Shown one piece after another: positions 26,459-35,746 of a DNA stretch of 64,000 nucleotides (positions are counted from its first letter, which is position 1; the number at the start of each line of letters is the position of its first letter). Source of the stretch: Elusimicrobiota bacterium (GTDB lineage: Bacteria; CG03; SLGR01; JBDRKX01); NCBI GenBank assembly GCA_043813605.1, contig JBDRKX010000064.1:129-64128 (forward strand), written 5' to 3'. The translations under genes were made by a program, and so were the position numbers. A model generated the notes under the pieces. The model ran no database searches. It was not told where the DNA came from and saw only the letters and a list, made by a program, of their open reading frames with translations.

Positions 26459-27040
26459 TCACATCAATGCTATAAGGTCTCCAAGCGTTTTGAGGCCTTT
26501 CCTTTCTTTAAGTTCCTCCAGGAAATAGCTGAACACCTTTTCAGTAATACGCACATCGCCCATTGCCCTGTGCCTTACTTCTTCTTGTCCGATATCAAGA
26601 TATACTGCAATGGTTCCAAGCGAATTACTTGGAAAGTCGAAATATTTTCTTGCAAGTCTCAATGTGTCTAAGACAGGATTGTCAAGCTGCGGAATGTTCA
26701 GTTCATTCATCTCATTGCATATGAAATTCATGTCAAATGCCGCATTGTGAAATACGAGTACGGTATCATGTAAAATTTCGAGCATCTTGTCTATAATATC
26801 ATCGAATCTTGGTGAACAGCTCACCATCTCGTCAGTTATGCCCGTAATAGAAACAGTCTCTTTGGGAATCGGTATGGAAGGATTGACCAAAGAAGAAAAA
26901 GTTTCTTTCTCAATACCGTCTTTGATCTTCATTATGCCGACTTCGGTTATCCTGTCGCCTCTTAAAGTGCTGAACCCGGTAGTTTCAAGGTCTACTATCG
27001 CAAATGGCACATCTTTTATGTAAGTATCCGGAGTTATCAT
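26459..27040 (-). CDS. DEDDh 3'-5' exonuclease (DnaQ/DNA polymerase III epsilon-like domain protein)
   Basis: Exo I: FAIVDLETTG. Exo II: VLVFHNAAFDMNFI. Exo III: HRAMGDVRITEKVF. It is 193 aa. Confidence 0.7.
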   Translation of the reverse strand: MITPDTYIKDVPFAIVDLETTGFSTLRGDRITEVGIMKIKDGIEKETFSSLVNPSIPIPKETVSITGITDEMVSCSPRFDDIIDKMLEILHDTVLVFHNAAFDMNFICNEMNELNIPQLDNPVLDTLRLARKYFDFPSNSLGTIAVYLDIGQEEVRHRAMGDVRITEKVFSYFLEELKERKGLKTLGDLIALM

Positions 27041-27819
27041 GTCAATCCGGCCTTTGCGCCCGGTTCACTGTTACCCGCTATATATCTTAGGTTATTCATG
27101 AAATACCTGGCGAAAGTTACAGAGAAGACCAGGAATCCGGTAATAACCATCCACCATGGAGTATTGAAATGCTTTCCTTCAGCAAGTCCCTTTGTGAAAA
27201 TAAGCAGAGATAGCGCAATAGTTGTCATGTAGAATGAACGCGTAAGAACAGCGCCAATAGTTAAAAATAGACCCAGAAATATAAAAGATAAAGCTACTTT
27301 TATTTCGGTAAACAGACTGCCGGCGAAAAATCCGACTCCCAGCAGGACGGATGGTATCAATACGGAAGCCATATAACTTCTGATGCCTGTTCCCGCGGTC
27401 CTTTCAATAATACGGGGTATCAGAAACAGTATCTGGGTGGAAATAGCAAAAGCCATGGGAATAAACAACATCGCGTATTTGAGTACCGTTACCGCCCGAG
27501 GAGGAGATTTTATAATAATTTCAGCAGTACCTGACATGAAAATACCTATTGTCAGAGCTACGATAAACGATATAACACCTCCCGTAGTAAAATCATCAGA
27601 TACAGGATCGTTCAGATCAAAACCATAAACATCTGTGATTTTCATAGGCACTATAATCCCTGATACTGCAATAAAAAGAAAATAAAACAGAAGCAAATAG
27701 ATGCCTTCCTGTAATATACCGCCGTAAGTCACAACAGCATGTGATACAGTCCATAAAATAATAAAAAGTAAATATGAAGCTGTTGAAACCGCTATTATCT
27801 TGTCCTTTTTCATATACAT
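27037..27819 (-). CDS. Polytopic membrane protein, function unknown
   Basis: It is 260 aa with about 7 hydrophobic helices. It overlaps the exonuclease gene by 4 nt. I see no catalytic motif. Confidence 0.4.
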   Translation of the reverse strand: MYMKKDKIIAVSTASYLLFIILWTVSHAVVTYGGILQEGIYLLLFYFLFIAVSGIIVPMKITDVYGFDLNDPVSDDFTTGGVISFIVALTIGIFMSGTAEIIIKSPPRAVTVLKYAMLFIPMAFAISTQILFLIPRIIERTAGTGIRSYMASVLIPSVLLGVGFFAGSLFTEIKVALSFIFLGLFLTIGAVLTRSFYMTTIALSLLIFTKGLAEGKHFNTPWWMVITGFLVFSVTFARYFMNNLRYIAGNSEPGAKAGLT

Positions 27820-27936
27820 ATTGGTATTCTGGTTATTAATATTATAAAAATATGCCGCTTATGGCAAATCGTTCACTCACAGTTTACTTATTATAAAAAG
27901 AGATGAATAGCTGTTGTAACCGGTGGGTAGAATGTC

Positions 27937-28548
27937 TCAGCTGTCTTCGCGGCGGTCATTACCGGAATTTCTTCTGTCCTTACCTGACCGCCGTTCATCG
28001 CTGGCGCGTGACGGATTAACACGGATCTCACTTCCTTTATATATGGTACCGTTTAATCCGACAATAGCGTTCTGCGCCTGAAGCCTGTCGGCCATATGGA
28101 CAAATGCATATCTTTTTGATACGGCGGAAGATTCATCTTCCACTATAATAAGAGACAGTACTGTACCGTATCTGGAAAAAGTTTCTATAAGTTCATCTTC
28201 AGTAGTATTTTCAGGAAAACCTGCTACAAAAAGTTTCATTGATTGTTTTTCTCTGATAATTTTTTTTATTTCCGGCTGTAAAAAAGGGATTTTAGCTGCT
28301 TCATCTTTCAGGATAGGCGCTTCGTGCACTTCAATGCGTTTTCCCATATGATTGCTGCCGCTCAATATCAGTATTGCAGTCTGAGCCTGTGCCTCGGATG
28401 GCATCTCCAGAAACCCGAAACCCATAGGCCGTCCGGTAATGTCATCAGTGATGATATTTACATAATCGACTCTGCCGAATCTTTCGAATAGTTTCCGCAA
28501 TTGATCATTCGTAGCACTTTTATCGAGATTGCCGACATATATGTTCAT
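27937..28548 (-). CDS. Tandem-RRM RNA-binding protein with an Arg/Asp/Ser-rich C-terminal tail
   Basis: RRM1 has RNP2 IYVGNL and RNP1 GFGFLEM. RRM2 has RNP2 LFVAGF and RNP1 RYAFVHM. The tail is SRASDERRSGKDRRNSGNDRREDS. A GAAGGAGAAC ribosome-binding site sits at the ATG. Confidence 0.7.
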   Translation of the reverse strand: MNIYVGNLDKSATNDQLRKLFERFGRVDYVNIITDDITGRPMGFGFLEMPSEAQAQTAILILSGSNHMGKRIEVHEAPILKDEAAKIPFLQPEIKKIIREKQSMKLFVAGFPENTTEDELIETFSRYGTVLSLIIVEDESSAVSKRYAFVHMADRLQAQNAIVGLNGTIYKGSEIRVNPSRASDERRSGKDRRNSGNDRREDS

Positions 28549-28675
28549 TTGTTCTCCTTCTGTATCCAGATGCTATTAAAATAACATTATATATGATTTT
28601 ACTTCAGACTTTTCAGAAAAGTCAAGGTATTAGTCGTCAGCTAAAAGAATACGGGCAAGTACCCGGTAGATACTG

Positions 28676-29545
28676 TTAAGGTCTGAGCGGATTAATGAGT
28701 CGTTTTTTTATGAGAAGCGAATACAGTGAAAGTACGGAATAACATATAACAAAGTTAATTCCGGATATCATGAAAGCTGCCGCTAGAAGTCCGTAAAATA
28801 AAGCGGTATATTCGACCAGCTTCATCGCATAGACAGTCATGTCTATGCCTAATACACCGGCAATGAGATTAATACCTACAAAGAAGCCTGTTATTGATAT
28901 AGCGCCCTGCTTCAAGCCTTTGATATCTGCACTACTGAGTTCCATATGCAGAGAAATGCAGAGCGAAAAATACGCGAAGATCCAGAAACCGTATGATCTG
29001 AGATTCGATCCTGTAAAGAGTGAATCCATTGTAGTGCGTACCGCTCTTGCCAGTATTACAATATAGTTATAGATGTCAGTGTGAACCTGAAACCGGGAGA
29101 TACTGCTGTTTATTGTCACAAGGATCTCTTTCCCGGAGGGTACAAAGAGCATGAGAAGATACATTATTAAAGAAGCCAGGATCAGTGGACCCGATGCAAT
29201 AAAAAGATTTCCGGCCATTTGATACCAATTTTTTTTATTATAGGTATGCTTCACATATCCTGGAAGTCCTGATTTCGAAAACGGAATAAATAATCTGAAT
29301 TCCGTTATTCTGTGCCGGAAAATAACACAGAATATCAGGTGTCCTAATTCATGGATGGGTATTCCGATCCATCCGGTTGTAAGCAGGAAAAACCTGTAAC
29401 CGAGTACTTGATAGAACAGATTCTTGGTAATATGAGAAATGGTATGAAGAAGAATACCAAATATTATAAAAAACCCGAATATGCTTACAAGCTGCAGCCC
29501 TGCAGTTAAGAATGCCTCAAGTAGATAATCAAGAATATATTCCAC
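28676..29545 (-). CDS. Integral membrane protein with an HExxH motif (putative DUF3267-type zincin peptidase). GTG start.
   Basis: It is 289 aa with about 7 TM helices. GIPIHELGHLIFCVIFRH has an HExxH at a membrane interface. The reported start is GTG at 29545, and the frame is open for 31 codons upstream without an ATG. Confidence 0.45.
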   Translation of the reverse strand: MEYILDYLLEAFLTAGLQLVSIFGFFIIFGILLHTISHITKNLFYQVLGYRFFLLTTGWIGIPIHELGHLIFCVIFRHRITEFRLFIPFSKSGLPGYVKHTYNKKNWYQMAGNLFIASGPLILASLIMYLLMLFVPSGKEILVTINSSISRFQVHTDIYNYIVILARAVRTTMDSLFTGSNLRSYGFWIFAYFSLCISLHMELSSADIKGLKQGAISITGFFVGINLIAGVLGIDMTVYAMKLVEYTALFYGLLAAAFMISGINFVICYSVLSLYSLLIKKRLINPLRP

Positions 29546-29716
29546 GAATATATCTTTTAAGTAAATCCCTCCTGCATTGAACCCGATATCAAAAGCATGC
29601 TGTTCATAACAGACAAATAGCCTTATAGTATATTTTTTCTAACGAAACATAAAACGGATATTTTCCGAACTATGATTCAGTTGAAACCTGTTCCGGTTAC
29701 TTACCGGAATAATTTA

Positions 29717-29986
29717 CTATGCGCCACTCGTATCAGTATTGGCGTTACCCGAAAGAATAGACATGATCTCATCTTTCTTGTCAAGCAGGATCTGAAAATC
29801 ATCGGCATTAAGTCCCATATTCTTGCCTATCCTCAGTTCGTCGTTCTCATTCCTCCAGAAGGACCTCTTCTCTATCTTGGCTTCACCTTCATTCCAGCTG
29901 ACTATCCTGAGTACAACAGGATTGCCTTTCGCATTTTCAACCCTGGAAAGTTCAAGAATTACATCTTCTTTTATTTCCCTTGGCAT
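29717..29986 (-). CDS. PC4/YdbC-like putative ssDNA-binding protein
   Basis: About 90 aa. VLELSRVENAKGNPVVLRIVSWNEGEAKIEKRSFWRNENDELRIGKNMGLNADDFQILL follows the bacterial PC4-like pattern. The start is taken at M8, but the ORF-track start at 30007 is also possible. Confidence 0.35.
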   Translation of the reverse strand: MPREIKEDVILELSRVENAKGNPVVLRIVSWNEGEAKIEKRSFWRNENDELRIGKNMGLNADDFQILLDKKDEIMSILSGNANTDTSGA

Positions 29987-30007
29987 CTTCCACCTCCTTC
30001 TTTCCAC

Positions 30008-31309
30008 TCACGTATTTAAAACACCCGTTTTCTTCCTTATAATATCCATCGGTTCAACAGGGTATTCCATCTTCATCTTCACTATCTGTTTTGCATGCGG
30101 TGCGGTTCTTACCGGTTCGTCTTCTTCGTTCCAGATATCAGTGATCTCCTGGCCGTATTGCTTTCTTCCAGGCCCTATGATCTCGATGTAGTCTCCTCTT
30201 TGTATCTTGTTCTGCTGCCGGATAACTGCTGTTTTTTTATCCATATCATATTTTAATACAAGTCCAAGATAATCATAGTTGCGCGTATAGGAATCCTCTT
30301 TGTATACCTGCATAGTATGACGGTTGTCTCTGAAAAGAAAACCGTCTGTATAGTCTCTATGTATCACCTTTTGCAGTTCTTCCATCCATGCAGGATCAAG
30401 GCAGTATGATTCCGGGGCAGAAATATATTGATCTATGGCTTCCCTGTAGACTGAAGTAGTTACTGCCACATAATATGAACTCTTCATCCTTCCCTCTATC
30501 TTAAATGAATCGATACCGGATTCCATCAGTAGAGGTACATGTTCTATCATACACAGGTCCCTGGAACTTAAAATAGATGTTCCGCGTTCATCTTCATATA
30601 CAGGAAAATATTCCCCGGGCCGTGTCTCTTCTACAAGGCTGTATTTCCATCTGCAGGGATGGGTGCATGAACCGAGGTTTGAATCCCGGCCTGTCATATA
30701 GCTGCTCAACAGGCACCGGCCGGAATAGGACATGCATAATGCACCGTGGATAAATACTTCGAGTTCGAGCGTGTCCGGGATATTCTGCCTTATAGTTTGT
30801 ATCTGGTCTATGGATAATTCCCTGGCCAGGGTGATTCTTTTGACACCCATGCCGTGCCAGAACAGCGCGCTGTACAGGTTCGTGCAGTTTGCCTGGGTAC
30901 TGAGTATGACAGGCATCTCCGGTGCGTATTTTTTGACTTCCATAAGTATTCCCGGATCGGAAACTATTACTGCGTCGGCTCCAATATCATAGATGCGGCT
31001 TATATATTTTTCCATACCCTGAAAATCCTCATTGTGTGCAATTATGTTCATCGCTATATATATTCTGGCCCCTTGCGAATGCGCATGTTCAATACCTTCA
31101 TGCATATCATCCGGGGTAAAATTATCAGCTGCTGCCCTTAGACCGAATCTGTTATCAGAGATATATACAGCATCCGCTCCGTATTTTACGGCTACTTTAA
31201 GTTTTTCCAGATTACCGGCCGGTGCGAGCAATTCCGGTTTTTTTATTTTTTCCGGATTGTTATTCTTTCCTTTTGTCTTTTTTGATAGCACTTTTATTTC
31301 CTGCCCCAT
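30008..31309 (-). CDS. Peptidase U32 family protein (PrtC/YegQ/RlhA/TrhP-like)
   Basis: ELLAPAGNLEKLKVAVKYGADAVYI...EVFIHGALCMSYSGRCLLSSYMTGRDSNLGSCTHPCRW is the U32 signature with its conserved Cys cluster. Confidence 0.8.
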   Translation of the reverse strand: MGQEIKVLSKKTKGKNNNPEKIKKPELLAPAGNLEKLKVAVKYGADAVYISDNRFGLRAAADNFTPDDMHEGIEHAHSQGARIYIAMNIIAHNEDFQGMEKYISRIYDIGADAVIVSDPGILMEVKKYAPEMPVILSTQANCTNLYSALFWHGMGVKRITLARELSIDQIQTIRQNIPDTLELEVFIHGALCMSYSGRCLLSSYMTGRDSNLGSCTHPCRWKYSLVEETRPGEYFPVYEDERGTSILSSRDLCMIEHVPLLMESGIDSFKIEGRMKSSYYVAVTTSVYREAIDQYISAPESYCLDPAWMEELQKVIHRDYTDGFLFRDNRHTMQVYKEDSYTRNYDYLGLVLKYDMDKKTAVIRQQNKIQRGDYIEIIGPGRKQYGQEITDIWNEEDEPVRTAPHAKQIVKMKMEYPVEPMDIIRKKTGVLNT

Positions 31310-32186
31310 GCAATTTAGCGTACTTGTTCATCTCTTTGGCGATCGCCATTATTTCTCCATAGTGTCCCATGTCTTTTTCTTTATTTGTCACAATACCTGC
31401 ATAGAGTCTTATAATAGAGTATTTCTTGTTCCTGCCTTTGCGGGTTTTTATAGTCACATAACCATTCTCACTGTCTTCCTTATCGTAAAAACTGTTTATT
31501 TTACGGTCAAATTCTTCGATTATACCGGTACATATCTTTTCATCATTTTCGGCATTAAATATAAGTACGAAATCATCTTCGCCCGAATGCCCTATAAAAT
31601 CGTTGCCGGACAAAGCTTTCTTCAGCAGGCCGGCTGTAAACTTTATAACATCATCGCCTCTGTCATAACCGTATTTTTCATTATAGCTTTTCAGATTCCC
31701 TATATCGAAGTAGGCAAGAGATATTGTCTCTCCCTTGTCCAGTCTGTTGTATAATTCGGAGACTATATTCTTGTTTCCCGGGAGATTTGTGAGCGGATTA
31801 GCCGACATGACAAGCTTGTTTTTCTTAAAAAGCGCATCTATCCTGAGGATAAGTTCTTCTACCTCAAAAGGTTTAGTGAGGTAGTCGTCCACACCCATCT
31901 TGAGTCCTTCTATACGGTCGCTGGGCCTGTCCCTTACGGATATCACAAGAACAGGTGTAAAAAAAGTCTTTCTGTTCTCTCTTAGTTTGTTAAATATATC
32001 AAGGCCGTTCATATCCGGAAGCATTATATCCAGGATCACAAGATCGGGGGTGTGTTTTTTAAGATACTGTAACGCTTCATCTCCGTTATATGCAAATGTT
32101 ACAATATAACCTTTATTCTCGAGGTTGAATTTGAGCATTTCGACGAGTATTTGCGAATCATCCACTATCAATATCTTTTCTTTCAT
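31260..32186 (-). CDS. Response regulator: REC domain plus a GGDEF-like domain with a degenerate active-site motif (SGEDDF)
   Basis: The REC domain has MKEKILIVDDSQ...DLVILDIMLPDMNGL...K. The C-terminal GGDEF fold carries IGHSGEDDFVLIF where RYGGEEF is expected. It overlaps the U32 gene by about 50 nt. Confidence 0.65.
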   Translation of the reverse strand: MKEKILIVDDSQILVEMLKFNLENKGYIVTFAYNGDEALQYLKKHTPDLVILDIMLPDMNGLDIFNKLRENRKTFFTPVLVISVRDRPSDRIEGLKMGVDDYLTKPFEVEELILRIDALFKKNKLVMSANPLTNLPGNKNIVSELYNRLDKGETISLAYFDIGNLKSYNEKYGYDRGDDVIKFTAGLLKKALSGNDFIGHSGEDDFVLIFNAENDEKICTGIIEEFDRKINSFYDKEDSENGYVTIKTRKGRNKKYSIIRLYAGIVTNKEKDMGHYGEIMAIAKEMNKYAKLHGAGNKSAIKKDKRKE

Positions 32187-32995
32187 TTACCCGACTCCTT
32201 GTTCATATTGTCCATCATCTTCATAATATCGTTCAAACCGCCGGCCGGCGCATCTGCTTTCTGCGGATCGAAAAGGCTGTCATCTATACCTTTGTTTATC
32301 AACACTGATTCTACTGTTGAAACTGAGACTGCTTTACCGGCCGAGTATACATCCGTCCTGTAGGGGAACTCCCAGCCTGCTTTTATATTTCTGAAATCAC
32401 TGAATATCCATGTCATATGCTGATCTTGGATGATTTCGCTCTCCCCTTTAACGAGTATCAGGTCATTTTTATCCAGCCAGAGTTTAGTATACGGAGTATC
32501 CGGCTGCTTATCAAAATCGATTATATAGCATTCTCTTTTGCTTATGGTTTCAGTGCCCGTGATACGCGCTTTGCCGGAAAGGTATTCCCACCAGTTCTTT
32601 TCTAACTGATAACGGGATTCTTCTGCATCTGAAAGCCTGCTTTTTCCTAAAAAGGGAGATATCATCCATGTTTCATTTCCGTTATGTATAACAATGTTTT
32701 TCATACTGTTCATACCTTCAGGCATACCTGGAGTCTGCGGTATTTCTGTTTCGACCTCGATCCTGAATTTCTCTCCTTTTTTTAAGGCTTTCATCACTGA
32801 GGAGACCATGCCGGTCGGGGTGTAGACATCGATTTTCTGCTGAATTGTCATATCTTTGATCTCATTTTCGAATTTTTCATACTTTGCTTTCACGCGCTTT
32901 AGAAGAGTTTCCCATGATTCAGAAAAAACAGATACCGAAGCCGCTAATATAATCATTGCAGATAAAGCAAATACTTTTGATCGATGCGTTTTCAT
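32183..32995 (-). CDS. LolA-like / outer-membrane lipoprotein-sorting-like periplasmic protein
   Basis: The likely start is MKTHRSKVFALSAMIILAASVSVFS (a signal peptide) at 32995. The ORF-track start at 33082 adds 29 residues. Its size, beta-rich composition and WLDKNDLILVKGE-type motifs resemble the LolA/DUF4292 fold. The assignment is weak. Confidence 0.35.
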   Translation of the reverse strand: MKTHRSKVFALSAMIILAASVSVFSESWETLLKRVKAKYEKFENEIKDMTIQQKIDVYTPTGMVSSVMKALKKGEKFRIEVETEIPQTPGMPEGMNSMKNIVIHNGNETWMISPFLGKSRLSDAEESRYQLEKNWWEYLSGKARITGTETISKRECYIIDFDKQPDTPYTKLWLDKNDLILVKGESEIIQDQHMTWIFSDFRNIKAGWEFPYRTDVYSAGKAVSVSTVESVLINKGIDDSLFDPQKADAPAGGLNDIMKMMDNMNKESGK

Positions 32996-32996
32996 A

Positions 32997-33407
32997 CTAA
33001 TATGATACTCCTGTCTTGCACTCTGTTTCCGCAAGTGCAGCTTTAATACCGCTGCAATACCCGGATATGCTTTCAAGCGCATGCTGTGATTTCAGGTTCT
33101 CCAGCCAGAAAGGGAATGTCCTGCACTGCTCCGGCCGGCCAGGATAGATAACGCATATTCCTTTATCAAGAAAAATACAGCCGTCCGAATAATCTCCCTT
33201 TATCCTGATCCTGTCTCCTTCATCTGCAGTATACTTTTCGACAAACCTGTCTCTTCCAACACCCAGCAGTCCTGCTATGTCTTCTACATCCTGCCGGCTG
33301 ATAAACACATAGCCTTCCATACTGCAGCAATTAGAGCAATTCCTGCACTTGAAATCAAGTTTTCCCGATCTGACTGTTTCAATTATGTTCATGCCGGAAA
33401 TAATCAT
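32997..33407 (-). CDS. YkgJ-family zinc/iron-chelating (CxxCxxCC) protein
   Basis: CRNCSNCCSMEGYVFISRQDVEDIA...DGCIFL...GICVIYPGRPEQCRTFPFW matches the UPF0153/YkgJ pattern. Confidence 0.6.
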   Translation of the reverse strand: MIISGMNIIETVRSGKLDFKCRNCSNCCSMEGYVFISRQDVEDIAGLLGVGRDRFVEKYTADEGDRIRIKGDYSDGCIFLDKGICVIYPGRPEQCRTFPFWLENLKSQHALESISGYCSGIKAALAETECKTGVSY

Positions 33408-33411
33408 ACGG

Positions 33412-33966
33412 TTATTCTATACTTATAACCTTTATCTCGAAATCTATCTTTTTGCCCGCGAGGGGATGATTAAGGTCAATACTGATATTCTCTTCATTTA
33501 TTTTTATTATCATACCCTTCATCCTGTTGCCTTCATTATCCTGTATTGTCGCAATTTTACCTATTCTATAATCGTAATCAGGAGGAAACGCCGTACGGGG
33601 CAGTTCACCTATCTTATTCTCGTCCCTCAGCCCGAAAGCGTCTTCAGGGCTTATTGTAACTTTCCTGTTTTCGTTGATGCCCATTCCCAGAACGGCCTTG
33701 TCAAGCCCGGGAATAACGCTGTCCTGACCTACTGTAAACTTGAGCGGTTCACCTTCAGCAGATTTATCAAACAGTTCCCCGTCAATAAATGCATAGAACT
33801 GTACCTTAACCGTATTCCCGGCTCTTACAATTTTTTCATATCTATCCTGCTGTACGGTAGTCCTTCTTTTCTTTTTTTCTGCACAGCCTAAAAAAACTGC
33901 CGGTAACATTAACAGTGATATAATGCAGAAAACGACCGCTCTGTTTTTTTGTGAAAAACTCAGCAT
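33412..33966 (-). CDS. FKBP-type peptidyl-prolyl cis-trans isomerase (SlyD-like, lipoprotein)
   Basis: Lipobox: VFLGCAE. FKBP core: VKVQFYAFIDGELFDKS...PLKFTVGQDSVIPGLDKAVLGMGINENRKVTISPEDAFG. It also has an insert-in-flap region. Confidence 0.7.
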   Translation of the reverse strand: MLSFSQKNRAVVFCIISLLMLPAVFLGCAEKKKRRTTVQQDRYEKIVRAGNTVKVQFYAFIDGELFDKSAEGEPLKFTVGQDSVIPGLDKAVLGMGINENRKVTISPEDAFGLRDENKIGELPRTAFPPDYDYRIGKIATIQDNEGNRMKGMIIKINEENISIDLNHPLAGKKIDFEIKVISIE

Positions 33967-34007
33967 AATATTTTATCCATCCTTATATGTTTCTAATCCG
34001 GGTGAAG

Positions 34008-34979
34008 TCATCCGGACAGGACCCGTGCTATATCCAAGAACTGCATATTCAGTTCTTTCTTATTATTATGCGGATAACTCAGGGGAACATATCCCAGCTC
34101 TTCTTTTACCCATGTGATCATTACTCCGGATTTTTTCTTTTTCAAAAGTTTTATAGCTTCAAATCCGAAAAGCGATGCAAGCAGCCGAGAATCAACTGTA
34201 GGCGCACCGCCCCGCTGAATATATCCGAGTTTCGAAATCCGCACCGGAACAGACAGGGAATTACCGATATAATGTGCCAGTTTATCCGCATCACCGGCTC
34301 CTTCAGCCATTATGATCAGGATAGAACTTTTTCCACTGTTCTTAAGTTCAATGAGTTCTTCGAGGATCTTTTCCTTTTTTCTGTTCTTTTCCGGTATCAG
34401 TATTATCTCGGCACCTGATGCAAGACCGATATTAACCGCAAGGAAGCCTCTGTCTCTGCCCATTACTTCTACAATGAATATTCTCCGATGCGAAGTAGCT
34501 GTATCCCTTATTTTATCTATTGACTCAAGCGCTGTATTTATCGCTGTATCAAAACCCACAGTCTCGTCAGTACCTGCGATATCGTTATCTATACTGGCCG
34601 GGATCCCTATTACCGGTACAGAAGTCATCTCTGTGAGCATATATGCCGCATTCATTGAACCGTCTCCTCCTATTACTACCAGTCCTGCGGGGGAAAGTTC
34701 TTCCAGGTTAAAAGCTGCCTGCCGGCGATACTTCTTTTTCTTGAATAGGGGGCATCTGTCAGTATAAAGTATAGTCCCCCCCCTGCCGATTATATTGCTG
34801 ACAGTCCGGCTTTCCATATTCATATAGTCTTTTTCAATAAGACCCCGCCAGCCGCGTTTGAAGCCTATTACTTTGAATCCTGAATGGATAGCACTTCTTA
34901 CCACACTCCTTATGGCAGCATTCATTCCGGGAGCGTCTCCGCCAGTAGTAATCACCGCAATAGTTTTCTTAGCAGTCAT
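34008..34979 (-). CDS. pfkA: ATP-dependent 6-phosphofructokinase
   Basis: IAVITTGGDAPGMNAAIRSVVRSA...VVIGGDGSMNAAYML...GRDRGFLA...GYIQRGGAPT are the classic PfkA motifs. It is 323 aa. Confidence 0.85.
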   Translation of the reverse strand: MTAKKTIAVITTGGDAPGMNAAIRSVVRSAIHSGFKVIGFKRGWRGLIEKDYMNMESRTVSNIIGRGGTILYTDRCPLFKKKKYRRQAAFNLEELSPAGLVVIGGDGSMNAAYMLTEMTSVPVIGIPASIDNDIAGTDETVGFDTAINTALESIDKIRDTATSHRRIFIVEVMGRDRGFLAVNIGLASGAEIILIPEKNRKKEKILEELIELKNSGKSSILIIMAEGAGDADKLAHYIGNSLSVPVRISKLGYIQRGGAPTVDSRLLASLFGFEAIKLLKKKKSGVMITWVKEELGYVPLSYPHNNKKELNMQFLDIARVLSG

Positions 34980-35105
34980 AATAGAAATATCCTTAAATTT
35001 CTCTTTAATATATCATTGTATAAAAGATATTATAAATTGCAAGCATTTATAATGATTACTATTAAATTTTTATTATATTAATAACGAATATTAAAGAGTG
35101 TTCAC

Positions 35106-35744
35106 TTAATTAGACTTTGCAGATTTCCTAAAGAGTTGTATGTAAAGTCTTATTTCATCTGCAATAGCAGAGTATTTTCCTTCTTCAAGGAGCTGGTTAT
35201 TGAAAACACTTCCTCCAAAAGCGACAGCAGAAGCGCCTTTTGAAAAGTATTCGAGGATATTGTCGGCATTTATACCGCCGCAGGCCATGATCTCTATGTC
35301 ATCGAACGGGCCTTTTACCTCTTTGATATAGTCCGGTCCGCAAAAACGGGCCGGAAAAACCTTTACCATAGTAGCACCGGCTTTCCAAGCATTGAATATC
35401 TCCTGCGGAGTAAATGCTCCGGGGAATACCGGTATTTTATTTTCCCGGCAGTATTCTGTCACCTCATTTACCAAGGTGGGCATCACTATATAGCCTGCAC
35501 CCGCGTCCAGGGCCTTTTTCATTGATTCCATACCAGTGACCGTACCTGCACCTATCATCATCCGGTTCCCGGATACTTTTACAGCAGTCTTTATTATGTC
35601 AGCTGCCTGCGGTGTGTTCATCGTGATTTCCAGGGATTCCAATCCTGAAGGTACAAGGACTTCTATGAGAGGCTCTATTACTGATGGATCAATGCCCCTC
35701 AATATACCCATGAGGGGAGTTTTTTTAAACCTGTTTATGTCCAA
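35106..35744 (-). CDS. eda: KDPG / KHG aldolase (Eda family)
   Basis: PLMGILRGIDPSVIEPLIEVLVPSGLESLEITMNTPQAADIIK...GAGTV...VFPGAFTPQEIFNAWKAGATMVKVFPA matches the Eda TIM barrel with its active-site Lys region. Confidence 0.75.
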   Translation of the reverse strand: MDINRFKKTPLMGILRGIDPSVIEPLIEVLVPSGLESLEITMNTPQAADIIKTAVKVSGNRMMIGAGTVTGMESMKKALDAGAGYIVMPTLVNEVTEYCRENKIPVFPGAFTPQEIFNAWKAGATMVKVFPARFCGPDYIKEVKGPFDDIEIMACGGINADNILEYFSKGASAVAFGGSVFNNQLLEEGKYSAIADEIRLYIQLFRKSAKSN

Positions 35745-35746
35745 CT

